The translations under genes and the position numbers were made by a program. The notes beneath the pieces are model-generated. The model was not told the DNA's origin. It did not search any database and saw nothing but the letters and a program-made list of their open reading frames with translations. From a virus, in the IMG/VR virus record IMGVR_UViG_3300036760_000150, positions 64,001 to 128,000 of that record: a DNA stretch of 64,000 nucleotides; one strand, written 5' to 3'. Each line of letters opens with the position of its first letter. Positions within the stretch are counted from its first letter, which is position 1. This document shows, in pieces, positions 19,077 through 28,100 of the stretch.

Positions 19077-19377
19077 CCTTACCCTCACCCTTTCGTACTA
19101 TATAGATCTCAACCCAGTTGTCTCCTATTGGCATTACCTGGATCTGGTACGAGACCGAGTTGCATGTACCGAGAAAAAATAATATGGCTGCCACTAACTG
19201 TTCTGTGAGAGTCTGATAGTCTACAGCAAGCGCCATAGATGTAAGTGCGCAGTCTATCGCGTTTTGTACGCCGCGTCTGTACTCCTCATCTCTCTCATCT
19301 GTGAAGTATAAACCAGACACATACTCAGGTGCACACTCCGAACACTCTGTTACGGGCCAGTCTTCGTCGTCAGCCAT
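19027..19377 (-). CDS. Hypothetical protein
   Basis: MADDEDWPVTECSEC...; SD AGAGG upstream. Confidence 0.5.
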   Translation of the reverse strand: MADDEDWPVTECSECAPEYVSGLYFTDERDEEYRRGVQNAIDCALTSMALAVDYQTLTEQLVAAILFFLGTCNSVSYQIQVMPIGDNWVEIYIVRKGEGKDEPHEDAAEYIKKFSR

Positions 19378-19542
19378 ACTTGTACCTCTTACCACATCGA
19401 CAGACGATCATCTTCACCGGCATGCCGACGCGGCCTCTCACCATCCTGAGCTTGTCCATGCCGTGGTCACATTTGGCCACATCGAAGATCGTAGACTTTT
19501 TGACCACGTCTTTCATCTTAAGGAAGTCGTTGTAGTGCATCA

Positions 19543-20550
19543 TTATCCCCTTTTGTTCTCGTCACTGCTATAGTCATTTGAACCTATGCCCATACGTCCT
19601 CTACCTGAGTCGTCCGACTTAGGTGAGTACTTCATCTTACCCAGCCTGTTGATCGTCTCTTGTGTCGGCATGCCGAGGCAGAAGATGCTCACGATCATGT
19701 CTCTGAGATGGGCGAACGTGAATCCTTTGGTGACAGTTGCTAGGTTGATATGCTCAACCTCACCGGTCTGCTGGTTAGTCTCCTTGTGGATATGGTTGCC
19801 TTCCCCTAGTTTATGCTCGATGTAGAACTGTCGAGCTTCCTCGCTTGGGTACCCGATCTCCACTATCTTGTCGAACCTAGACGGTCTGTTTACGAGTCTG
19901 GGAGGAAGCTTCTCTGGGTAGTTCGTGGTGGCGATGTACACCACGTTGTCGGCCTGAACTGATCCGTCCAACAAGTTCAACAGGTGGTGCTCGTTACCGT
20001 GCATCAAGATGTCGTCAACATCCTCTAATAGGACCAAGATCTTCCTGTTAGGCTCTACCTGTCTGATAACTCTCATGGCCTCTTCAAGAGTCTGAGGGTT
20101 CTGTGACAAGAACACAAGCCCATCCTGCTTGTTGATCATCTCCTGGGCAACCAACGACACGGTGCAGGACTTCCCGCCACCCGGAGGTCCCCACAGTAGA
20201 AATCCTCGTTTGTGGACGAACCCGTACTGCTCGAACTTAGGCTTAAGACTCCAGAACTTGTCTATCTCGCTCAAGATCATGGCACTCTTGCTGTCTGGGA
20301 ACTTCAGTAGGTTGTCTGTGACGATGTCTTCGCGAGAGAAGACTATCCCTGCATTGTCTATCATGAGTCGGTACAACGCAGACGGCATCTTGTCTACAGT
20401 CTTGGTGGCTGGTCTGTAGTACTTACCGTCTAGGGTTGTGTACTGGACGAACGAGGCGGCACGTTTGGCCTGTACGAAGTCTTTTGTGCTTGATATCTTG
20501 TCATTTTCGCCAACGATCGTGGGTATAGCGACATTTTTCAGTTCATCCAT
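19543..20550 (-). CDS. AAA+ ATPase
   Basis: Walker A GPPGGGKS, Walker B LLEDVD, sensor TTN, arginine finger NRPSRFD. Confidence 0.92.
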   Translation of the reverse strand: MDELKNVAIPTIVGENDKISSTKDFVQAKRAASFVQYTTLDGKYYRPATKTVDKMPSALYRLMIDNAGIVFSREDIVTDNLLKFPDSKSAMILSEIDKFWSLKPKFEQYGFVHKRGFLLWGPPGGGKSCTVSLVAQEMINKQDGLVFLSQNPQTLEEAMRVIRQVEPNRKILVLLEDVDDILMHGNEHHLLNLLDGSVQADNVVYIATTNYPEKLPPRLVNRPSRFDKIVEIGYPSEEARQFYIEHKLGEGNHIHKETNQQTGEVEHINLATVTKGFTFAHLRDMIVSIFCLGMPTQETINRLGKMKYSPKSDDSGRGRMGIGSNDYSSDENKRG

Positions 20551-20556
20551 CTCGTG

Positions 20557-20790
20557 TTACTCCTGTCGAATGTTGTTTAACACCAACGACATGGCGTCTG
20601 CCATGGCATCTATGTAGCCGTTGTGGTAGTCGAGCTTGCGATCCCACAGCTCATCTTCCGTCATCTGGTGCACGGGTAAGGTGTGTGCGAATATCTCAGC
20701 CGACGACCTGGCCATGTTAAGGATGTTATCACGCTCGTCGGCGTCGAGTCCAGCTTGTCTCAACTTTTCCTCAGACGTCATGTTAGTCAT
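20557..20790 (-). CDS. Hypothetical protein
   Basis: 77-aa ORF overlapping its upstream neighbour. Confidence 0.55.
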   Translation of the reverse strand: MTNMTSEEKLRQAGLDADERDNILNMARSSAEIFAHTLPVHQMTEDELWDRKLDYHNGYIDAMADAMSLVLNNIRQE

Positions 20791-21046
20791 AGCTCTCTTC
20801 GTCTTCCCAGAATTCTACATTTGATTGGTCGTCACCAAGCCGTCCTTCATCGATCTCAACCTCTTCGATGCCGTTGTTGCACTCGAAGCACAGCGATGGC
20901 GCACAACTTTGAGCCATGAGATACGCCTTTTTCTCAGAGTCGTTCATGGCCTCGAAAGATTTAAGTTCTTCTCCGGACAACTTTATATTGTTGTAGCCGG
21001 TGCCATACACAGGGAATGAGATCTTGAACGTCTTACCCTCGCCCAT
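20783..21046 (-). CDS. Hypothetical protein (CxxC, acidic)
   Basis: SD AAAGGAG; PSLCFEC. Confidence 0.6.
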   Translation of the reverse strand: MGEGKTFKISFPVYGTGYNNIKLSGEELKSFEAMNDSEKKAYLMAQSCAPSLCFECNNGIEEVEIDEGRLGDDQSNVEFWEDEESYD

Positions 21047-21275
21047 CTGTCTCTCCTTTTATTCTTTTAAAGATCTTAACACATCGCGGACAATTTATCG
21101 CATCTAATGTACAATCGTCACGAGATTTTATGTCGAACTTTCCTTTTCTACCGCACAGCAGTTGATACTGAGACCTTGTTATGCGGCCTACTGTTAGGTA
21201 GGAGTAGTTAACGTTTGGGTTGTTAGGCACGAATTGAGCGTGCACAACAGAATGTTTATTTGTTCCTGTCCCCAA
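21033..21275 (-). CDS. Small putative Zn-binding protein
   Basis: H...LLCG...CPRC; same pattern as ORF 63517-63696. Confidence 0.55.
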   Translation of the reverse strand: MGTGTNKHSVVHAQFVPNNPNVNYSYLTVGRITRSQYQLLCGRKGKFDIKSRDDCTLDAINCPRCVKIFKRIKGETDGRG

Positions 21276-21326
21276 AATCGTTTAACTTCTGGTCAATGAT
21301 CAATGTGTGTGCACTTCAGTTAGAGC

Positions 21327-21355
21327 TTGCTTTGTATCTACGTAGATGTTACGAT
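21327..21355 (+). promoter_or_regulatory. Sigma70-type promoter, probably leaderless transcript
   Basis: TTGCTT-N17-TACGAT with TGn; ATG 21362 follows after 6 nt with no SD. Confidence 0.6.
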
Positions 21356-21361
21356 GTTGTG

Positions 21362-21598
21362 ATGAGTAAGTATGTCAAGATCGTTCTTCTTTATCTAGTG
21401 CTTCCAGTTGTCGTAGTTCTGTCTGCTCGTGTCTACATACTTGACTGGGCCACTATGTCGTTTAAGTTCGGATGTGACACTGCGGCAGAGCGTGTCTACA
21501 GGTTCAACAGCAAAGCTCTAGGTCGAGAGCTTCAGCATTTCTGTGTCGTGTATACCGGCAACATAAAGAAGGAGTTCGGCGATGGCTTCGATCACTAA
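21362..21598 (+). CDS. Small membrane-anchored protein
   Basis: MSKYVKIVLLYLVLPVVVVL N-terminal TM segment. Confidence 0.6.
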   Translation: MSKYVKIVLLYLVLPVVVVLSARVYILDWATMSFKFGCDTAAERVYRFNSKALGRELQHFCVVYTGNIKKEFGDGFDH

Positions 21599-21836
21599 AA
21601 TGTACACATATTTACTGGTAGTCATCCTTTTTCTAGGAGTTGGGTTAGGATGGTACTGTGATCATGGTCAACAACAGAGGAAGATAAGGCAAGCTTACTT
21701 CGACGCATGTTATTCTTTCATGTCAACAGCGGCGACGCAGATGGTACAAGACAACGATAAAGAAACTCTTGATGTGCTACCCTTGGATATCATCTACGAA
21801 CAATGTAGCAAATTATCTAAAGAGTACATGCAGTAG
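21582..21836 (+). CDS. Small membrane-anchored protein
   Basis: SD AAGGAG; N-terminal TM segment. Confidence 0.6.
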   Translation: MASITKMYTYLLVVILFLGVGLGWYCDHGQQQRKIRQAYFDACYSFMSTAATQMVQDNDKETLDVLPLDIIYEQCSKLSKEYMQ

Positions 21837-21844
21837 TACGATAG

Positions 21845-22039
21845 ATGAAGTTAATCGAGTTATGTCAATTTGTTGTCAAACCATGTGAGACCGATCTTTG
21901 TCGTCATGTTGTGTACGGCGCGATCGCTTTGGCATTTTTAGTTGTTGTGGTATGTGGCATAGGCCTGTACTCTGGTGAGTACCAGAGACGCGAGCAGGAG
22001 AGGTTTAAGAGTGTGCTTAAGCTGAGAAGGAAGAGATGA
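21845..22039 (+). CDS. Small membrane protein
   Basis: Central TM segment; ATGA overlap with the next gene. Confidence 0.55.
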   Translation: MKLIELCQFVVKPCETDLCRHVVYGAIALAFLVVVVCGIGLYSGEYQRREQERFKSVLKLRRKR

Positions 22040-22260
22040 CTGAGGACGGTAAGAAACTAGTATACCTGCAAGCTTACAGTCTTGCTAAGCAGTACACAAA
22101 AGGATTCTTTGCGGCTTTGCCCACCAACCATCGTTTGATGTCTCCTAAGGTGTACGATGCCGTTCAGGGCGCCATATTCAACTCTTACGTCGATGCCTAC
22201 AACCAAGGTGCACGAGACATGGAAGTGGCAAGGGCTAGGGAGCTGTATGAAACGAAGTGA
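22036..22260 (+). CDS. Hypothetical protein
   Basis: Translationally coupled ORF. Confidence 0.55.
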   Translation: MTEDGKKLVYLQAYSLAKQYTKGFFAALPTNHRLMSPKVYDAVQGAIFNSYVDAYNQGARDMEVARARELYETK

Positions 22261-22495
22261 GCTAGTTAAACACATGACCGAACACTGGTGCGGACTCTCG
22301 TTCCAGTACATACCTGACGAAGATTCGTACGACGAGGTCATGGAGAACATGGATATCATGTTAACTTTGATCGAGTTCCATGGTATGCTTCCACCTCCTA
22401 CGTTTGGTCAGATCGGCTATGGTGCTTCACAGATAAAGCATGACACCATATTCTTCCAATGGGACCCTGAAGCAGAAGACAAGCAGGATGCGTGA
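22247..22495 (+). CDS. Hypothetical protein
   Basis: SD GGGAG then MKRSELVKHM...GMLPP. Confidence 0.6.
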   Translation: MKRSELVKHMTEHWCGLSFQYIPDEDSYDEVMENMDIMLTLIEFHGMLPPPTFGQIGYGASQIKHDTIFFQWDPEAEDKQDA

Positions 22496-22692
22496 TGTGT
22501 TGCATGATATGTCAACTTATAGATCGTGAACGTCTAACGTATGAGGAAGCCTGGAAGGCTGCGGGTGGCGGCGAGCATATCGTTGAGCCTGAACATGCAG
22601 ACGAGTTGATCGGTAAGATCGATCGATTGTACCGTGGTGAACAAGGAGCTGCTGTAGAGCATGGCACTGAAGAAGACGAAGAAGAGTCATAG
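22492..22692 (+). CDS. Hypothetical protein (CxxC)
   Basis: GTGA overlap; MCCMICQ. Confidence 0.55.
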   Translation: MMCCMICQLIDRERLTYEEAWKAAGGGEHIVEPEHADELIGKIDRLYRGEQGAAVEHGTEEDEEES

Positions 22693-22864
22693 GAAAGACA
22701 ACAAGGTAGACACGAAGCTAGACACGAAGCTAGACACGAAGCTAGAGTACTGCCATCACGATCCCAGCGTCAAGACCGAGGTGATCCACGAAGGCGACCC
22801 ATACATCTTCGTCTACTGCAAGAACTGCAACGAGTCGATCTACAAGTGGAGAGGGTGGGATTGA
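22661..22864 (+). CDS. Small Zn-ribbon-like protein with DTKL repeats
   Basis: CHH...CKNC. Confidence 0.5.
   Translation: MALKKTKKSHRKDNKVDTKLDTKLDTKLEYCHHDPSVKTEVIHEGDPYIFVYCKNCNESIYKWRGWD
22707..22746 (+). repeat. 12-bp tandem repeat (TAGACACGAAGC x3.3)
   Basis: Three perfect copies plus TAGA, encoding (DTKL)3. Confidence 0.92.
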
Positions 22865-22865
22865 T

Positions 22866-23111
22866 ATGTACAGAGATGGTAGACAGTACTTCTTCAAGAA
22901 CGTTCGGTTGATCAAGAGTAGGTGGATCAGCAGTTGCCTTGTCGTGGACGGTTACGAGTACAACCCGTTCTTGTTGCTTGAGATCAGTCCGAACCTGACT
23001 AAGTTCCCTAGAGGGAAGCGCCTGTGGGACAATGGCTACGTGTCGTTTGGCCTCTTTCGTCTCAAGCTCACGCTGTACGTGACCTTGACATTTCTAAGGT
23101 ATCTGAGGTAG
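22866..23111 (+). CDS. Hypothetical protein
   Basis: 81-aa ORF directly after the previous stop. Confidence 0.45.
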   Translation: MYRDGRQYFFKNVRLIKSRWISSCLVVDGYEYNPFLLLEISPNLTKFPRGKRLWDNGYVSFGLFRLKLTLYVTLTFLRYLR

Positions 23112-23148
23112 TTTACAGGTACATGTCTGTTACCATGAAGGAGTACAC

Positions 23149-23472
23149 ATGAACAACGTATTATCTATATCTCCAAGGAAGATCACGAAGAACGGGCAGA
23201 TCGTCCTGCCCAAGGCAGTGCGCGACACACTAGGCGTGAAGAACGGTGACTTCGTGTCGTTCAACATCATAGACGGCCTAGTCACCGTCACCCGAGAGCC
23301 CATCAACGAGGCTGTCCAGAGTGGTCGGTCTTTGTCTACCAAGGAGTTAGACGAGGCGTTTGACGAGGTCGAGGCGACCATCCAGAAGTCTGTGGCGATC
23401 AGCCCAGAGACCCTGACTGGTGGTCCTACAACCGCAACTGAGGTTGCGGACGACGGGTTGGCGCCGTTCTGA
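23149..23472 (+). CDS. AbrB/MazE/SpoVT-family DNA-binding protein
   Basis: RKITKNGQIVLPKAVRDTLGVKNGDFVSF; SD AAGGAG; possible TTGACA-N18-TAGTTT upstream. Confidence 0.85.
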   Translation: MNNVLSISPRKITKNGQIVLPKAVRDTLGVKNGDFVSFNIIDGLVTVTREPINEAVQSGRSLSTKELDEAFDEVEATIQKSVAISPETLTGGPTTATEVADDGLAPF

Positions 23473-23636
23473 TGACATCAGATCATTTTAAAGTGGCACT
23501 GACCACTGCGGCGATCTTCGCCGTCTTCATTGTAGGGTATGCGTACTTCATCGGTGCCCCATTGGCACAGGCCTCGAAAGGTATGGCAGCGGCCATATGT
23601 CAATCCTGGCACCTTAACTGCTACTTTGGTCCGTGA
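23472..23636 (+). CDS. Small membrane protein
   Basis: TGATG overlap; MTSDHFKVALTTAAIFAVFIVGYAYFIG...; below the ORF-track cutoff. Confidence 0.5.
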   Translation: MTSDHFKVALTTAAIFAVFIVGYAYFIGAPLAQASKGMAAAICQSWHLNCYFGP

Positions 23637-23650
23637 CGGTTCCTGAATAA

Positions 23651-23682
23651 GATCAACAAGTTAGGGTAAAGTCTTAATCTTA
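23651..23682 (+). promoter_or_regulatory. Putative late promoter
   Basis: gatcaacaagTTA-gggtaaagt-CTTAATCTTA. Confidence 0.75.
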
Positions 23683-23712
23683 TTGAAGAATCTATAAAAG
23701 AGGAGCCTCACC

Positions 23713-24123
23713 ATGAGACTAGGCCTAGTCATACTCAGCCCCTTCTCAACTCTCAACAACCTGCAGCACCTCAACCAGGCCTCTGTGTCTCAGGGCGACA
23801 CTGCTGACGTGTACTTCCAGCTCGTTGACATGGACACCATATCTGAGAGATTCCAGAGAGGTATCAGGTACATGCCAGCTTCTGGTGCCACGATGCAGGT
23901 GACCATGAAATCTATCAACGATGCGAACACGGTCGCGAAGGCAGCCACGATGGCGTTCCCTTCGGACGACAGGTCTATCTGGAAGTTCAGCCTGTCTGCT
24001 GCGGAGACGCAAAAAGTGGCCGGTGTGAACCTCAGAATCGTCTTGACAGAGGGGTCCAACATCAAGTCGGCCAACGCAACCAACGTCATATCTGTGACGC
24101 CTGCGAACCAGTTTCAGTGTTAG
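23713..24123 (+). CDS. Virion structural protein (Ig/BppU-like beta fold possible)
   Basis: Behind a late promoter; SD GAGGAG; QGDT..VYFQL pattern. Confidence 0.6.
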   Translation: MRLGLVILSPFSTLNNLQHLNQASVSQGDTADVYFQLVDMDTISERFQRGIRYMPASGATMQVTMKSINDANTVAKAATMAFPSDDRSIWKFSLSAAETQKVAGVNLRIVLTEGSNIKSANATNVISVTPANQFQC

Positions 24124-24124
24124 T

Positions 24125-24262
24125 ATGAGTTGTCTAAACTGTGGCAAAAAGTTAAGGCTACAAAATACTATTGGATATTGTCGTAAACATAGAGGCCATG
24201 CACCTAAGGTTGTTGAATATCATAAACAATATCAACGAGATAATAAAGAAATTAAAGGGTAA
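24125..24262 (+). pseudogene. AT-rich remnant of a homing endonuclease N-terminus
   Basis: MSCLNCGKKL...GYCRKH...YHKQYQRDNKE then an early stop; composition differs from flanks. Confidence 0.5.
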
Positions 24263-24280
24263 TAAGACAGGGGCAATTTA

Positions 24281-25165
24281 ATGTCTGAATATAGTCGTAC
24301 AAAACCTATCCCAAATCGTAACTATCCATCAAAAAGTGTAGTTGGTGGTGTTGCTGGTTTTTCACGTGTAGAAGCCATGTTAACAGTAGATAGATTACGT
24401 CAAGAATTTTTGTTCGGTATACCATTAGTTTCTTTCATCACGAAGGAGACCCTTAAGGACGAAACTATCAGGAACATCTTGAATCGTGCTGCTGCTCGCG
24501 TAGAGCTTGAGTGTAAGATCGACGTCACTCCTGTGCAAAGAGAGGGTCATTTTCCATTTGATAGAGTTAAATTCCTGCAAGGATTCAACCAGATCGACCT
24601 CAGCAACGTGCCACTCAGGAGTCTTGAGGAGTTCTCAATTCGAGCAGTCAACAGTGCGAACACGCCAGACAACGTGAGTGGTGGAGGTCCTGACGGTAAA
24701 GGGACGGTTATATACACCCTGCCACTTGATTGGATTGACCTATCACAATCACATAAAGGTATCTTGCATGTGTTCCCATTGATCAGCACGTTCACCGGTA
24801 CTGGTCAGGTTGCCGCTGCAGTCATGGGGCCGTCAGCATCTCTGTTCATGAACTTGATACATCAGACATATATGCCTGCTTATTGGTATGTCCGTTGGAC
24901 GTCAGGGTTTGACGAGAATGCCGTTCCTGCAACGCTGAATGAACTTATAGGTTGTTTTGCTGCCTTAGAGATCTTGAGTTTGATCGGTCCTCTTCGTCTA
25001 TGGAACTCACAGAGTATCAACATCGACGGATCTGGACAATCTGTAGCAGGACCAGGTTCGCAACTGTTCAAACAACGTATAGATGAGTTGACCAGTCGTA
25101 TCGCTGAGCTTAAAGATCTGATCAAAGCACGCTTTAGCCAGAAGATCGTGATGGTTCATATCTAA
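24281..25165 (+). CDS. Head-tail adaptor / neck protein
   Basis: LFGIPL...WTSGF...SQSINIDGSGQS; Herelleviridae-like neck gene pattern and position. Confidence 0.68.
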   Translation: MSEYSRTKPIPNRNYPSKSVVGGVAGFSRVEAMLTVDRLRQEFLFGIPLVSFITKETLKDETIRNILNRAAARVELECKIDVTPVQREGHFPFDRVKFLQGFNQIDLSNVPLRSLEEFSIRAVNSANTPDNVSGGGPDGKGTVIYTLPLDWIDLSQSHKGILHVFPLISTFTGTGQVAAAVMGPSASLFMNLIHQTYMPAYWYVRWTSGFDENAVPATLNELIGCFAALEILSLIGPLRLWNSQSINIDGSGQSVAGPGSQLFKQRIDELTSRIAELKDLIKARFSQKIVMVHI

Positions 25166-25169
25166 AGTT

Positions 25170-28100
25170 ATGGAAGATAGTAATCGCAAAGACATCTTGA
25201 CATCAAAAGATATCAACGAATCGTTGACGTCAGATGATACCAACTTAGAGAAGTCGGTGAATACCAAGCTTGTTCATCTAGCTACTATAGCCTCACTTCT
25301 CGGTGTCCCGTACTCTTCAAACATGCAGCCACCTAAAGCTGTGGCGGCAGCTCCAGCAGTTGTCCCCAGCGCCACCCCTCATCCCGGTCTTGAGCCCATA
25401 GCGTACATGGAGTCCAGGAATGGTAGGAACCAGAGGCACAAGCTTGTGACATGGGGCCTCAACTCTGGAACCAAGGCTGTAGGCAAGTACGGCCTCATGC
25501 CACTGACTGTCCACGAGACTGCCAAGCATGACAGCACCATCGGCAGGATGTACCCTGAGTTTAAGACTCTAGACCCTATCAAGGATCACGACAAGTACGA
25601 GAAGATCTTGCTTGCCAACCCGCAGGTGCAGGACCACATCGCCAACTCACACTGGGGTAGGTTGACTCGCACCTTCGGTAAAGACAAGAACAGGGCAGTC
25701 TACGCCTGGAAGTACGGCATCACAGGTGCCAAGACTGCATCACATAGCGATGTTTCGTCTGCTCCTTACGTGAGGGAGTACAACAAGCATCACAACATGC
25801 TGAATGTTCAGACCAAGAAGAGTCTTCGCAAGTCAGAGTTTCAGCTGCCGCAGCACTTCAGTTTCATATCAGCTCAACGCGGTGGTGATCACAACCATGA
25901 CGTACATCAACGTCTGTACCAAGACCTGAGAGACTCAGGGTTCGACCCCGTTGAGGTGACGGGCCACTACGGCTACCAGGAGAGGTCTTTCCTAGTACCA
26001 CACACAGGCTCTGCTGTCGATCGCAACAAGGTCGAAGATCTAGGCAGGAAGTACAATCAGGAGAGTGTGTTACACTCGTCCGACTTGAACAACGAGCTGG
26101 TCAACCTAGAAGATCCAACGAAGAGTATGAGGGGTTCTGGCATCAGCAACGATTACAGTGATGCCATGTACACCGAGCTGCCTGGTGGTAGTAGATTTAA
26201 GTTGAACCTAAGGAAAACAGAGGTCCTTGAGAAGGCTGACGGACAACCTAACCCACAAGCTCGTCAGGTGGCAGAGGGTTACGCCAACTCAAAAGGTATC
26301 AAGCTGCGGCGTCTGACTCCGGTTAAGGTAAACCCACAGTTCGCGACGCATGTCGCTGGCGCCTACGAGAAGATGCCTCACTCTCCTAGCAGTCCAGACA
26401 CCAAACGTTCATACGACGCCTTGATCAGCGAGACGCTGGATCAGTTCCAACACATGAAGAACGCAGGCCTTAAGATATCAAAGATCAAGCCTGGCATGGA
26501 GAACCCCTACAAGTCTTCAAAAGACTTGTTCCATGACGTTCAGCACAACAACCACATGTGGTACTTTCCAACTGAGAGTGGGTTTGGATCATCTGAAACT
26601 CGTAGCGACCATCCTATGCTTGCTCCAACAGAAGAGATGCATGAGGGCAAGCCGATGCTTGCGAATGATGTGTTCAGGGTAGTTCATGATTACTTCGGAC
26701 ATGCAAAAGAAGGTCATGCCTTTGGCCCCAACGGGGAAGAGAACGCCTGGCAGACTCACGCTCAGATGTACTCGCCGGAGGCTAGACGGGCAATGACCGC
26801 CGAGACTCGTGGACAGAACAGTTGGGTTAACTTCGGGCCGCATGCTGCACACAACAGGTCAAACCCACACCAAACTGTATACGCTGATCAGAAGGCTGGG
26901 CTGTTGCCTGACTGGGCTCATGCAGTAGATCCTACACAGGCGTTTAGTAAATCAGAAGATGATGATAAAGTTCTCTACCACTACTCACAGCATCCTGAGC
27001 CGTTGAAGATCATAGACCCTGTCTTCCACGGTACTGGTTACCCTGGTGCTGAAGGCAAACGTGACGACAGAGTGGCTCGTGCGTACTACTACGACACACC
27101 GACGGGTCATGAACCTGATGTTATCTCTGGTGCTACGCATATGTACACTGTGAAGCATCCAGGCAACATACTTGACGTCGCCAGCGAAGAGGCCGAACCG
27201 TTCAAAGAGAAGGCTCGCAACCAATATGGTATCATAGACTACTCAGACCTTGAGCGTCACATGAAAGATGCTGGGTACAACGGTTACAAGAACACAGCGA
27301 GCGCCATCCCTAACGCAGTCGCTTTGTTTCATCCTCAGCAGGTTGATGAGTCGAGAGATCTACGTAAGTCGGAAGAGCTTGAGAAAGCATCTCATAACGT
27401 GCGAGAACAAAAGGCTAAGGTATTCGGCACAAAAGCTAATCCTCCTGCTGGATCGCAGATGCGTGAGAAACACATCGAACACATCAACAACTTCGCCAAG
27501 AAATTCCTTAACCTAGAGATCCGTCCTTCAGGCGGTAAGATCAACGAGGCAACAGGACAGAGACGATCTGAGAGTCCTAAGATAGGTACCGACAAACCGG
27601 ACTGGAGAAGTGGTCAACTTGAAGCTCAATGGAACCCGGAAGCTATCATGCATGAGCTTGCACACCTTATGTTGCTACCTTCAGGTGTTGGCTTAAAAGA
27701 AGGCCAAAGGCTGATGGACAAGCAGTACGGAGAGGTTCAAAGTAAATACGGATATATGCAGCAGAAAAGATCTCAGGGTGAGGTACAACCTATGGCTGCG
27801 GAGCAGATCATACGTAGACACCTAGGTCTTCCAGCCAGTCGAGTGAGCATTCCTGTTGAGTCGAAAGATGCCCCACCTAGAGTGTCAGTTGAAGCTCCAG
27901 ATGTGGTTATAGGTACACGAGTTCCACAACCCACTAAGAGTGGTGCAGTTAAATGGGTCGATCTGATCAGACAGTCCCGCCTTTTGAACACAGAGAATCG
28001 AAAGAGGTTGGAAGATATCTTTAGTGGTAACATCAAATTTCATCCAGAGTTGGGTTGGATACCGAAGAAGACATCTATATCCACACAGAAGCCCAAAGAT

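Noticed and set aside
22707-22746. CRISPR-like repeats
   Set aside because: No spacers; this is a coding tandem repeat. No CRISPR array or cas gene was seen in the window.
23149-23636. AbrB/MazE antitoxin plus toxin pair
   Set aside because: The downstream ORF is a small TM protein with no PIN, MazF or Doc motifs.
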